Below, one piece after another: positions 63,986 to 64,000 of a DNA stretch of 64,000 nt. The DNA is from a phage. The translations under genes and the position numbers were made by a program. The stretch is from sequence record OZ346222.1; one strand, 5' to 3'. The notes under the pieces were generated by a model. That model was not told the DNA's origin and searched no databases. It saw only the letters and a program-made list of their open reading frames with translations. Position 1 is the first letter of the stretch, and every line of letters starts with the position of its first letter.

Positions 63986-64000
63986 CAGATAGACTACCTG

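Noticed and set aside
1-64000. Prophage or integrative element
   Set aside because: No integrase, recombinase, repressor or attachment-site repeats; gene content is that of a virulent phage

Overview
This 64-kb window reads as part of a large virulent dsDNA phage genome; no integrase or lysogeny genes were seen. All calls are by eye from the sequence and the supplied ORF track; no searches were run. Coordinates of manually derived elements (promoters, repeats, tRNAs, micro-ORFs) are approximate to about 2 nt. Layout: (i) 1-5634, rightward small genes including an SSB-like protein ending in DDDIPF and a macro-domain-like protein; (ii) 5640-6900, repeat-rich non-coding zone; (iii) 6717-17408, about 30 small rightward early-type genes, most with their own sigma70-like promoter, many with a GC hairpin in the 5' UTR, punctuated by intrinsic terminators and a conserved 40-bp intergenic element; (iv) 17450-19820, a 2.4-kb ORF-free, iteron-dense region between convergent gene arrays; (v) 19874-56732, leftward array with paralogous small acidic proteins, an HPF-like ribosome hibernation factor, two DNA methyltransferases, ClpP-like peptidase, PhoH, aerobic and anaerobic ribonucleotide reductases, ThyX, nucleases, lambda R-type endolysin, DNA ligase, Sir2-like protein and a T4 RnlA-like RNA ligase; (vi) 56776-64000, rightward polynucleotide kinase and metallophosphoesterase, a tandem palindrome array, a GC-rich structured non-coding segment, six tRNAs plus one atypical tRNA-like gene, a spanin pair, and a terminase large subunit 5' exon interrupted by a group I intron carrying an HNH homing endonuclease. 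Best candidates for an undescribed system: the split RNA-repair cassette beside the tRNA cluster, the palindrome array with its adjacent structured segment, and the 2.4-kb iteron region.
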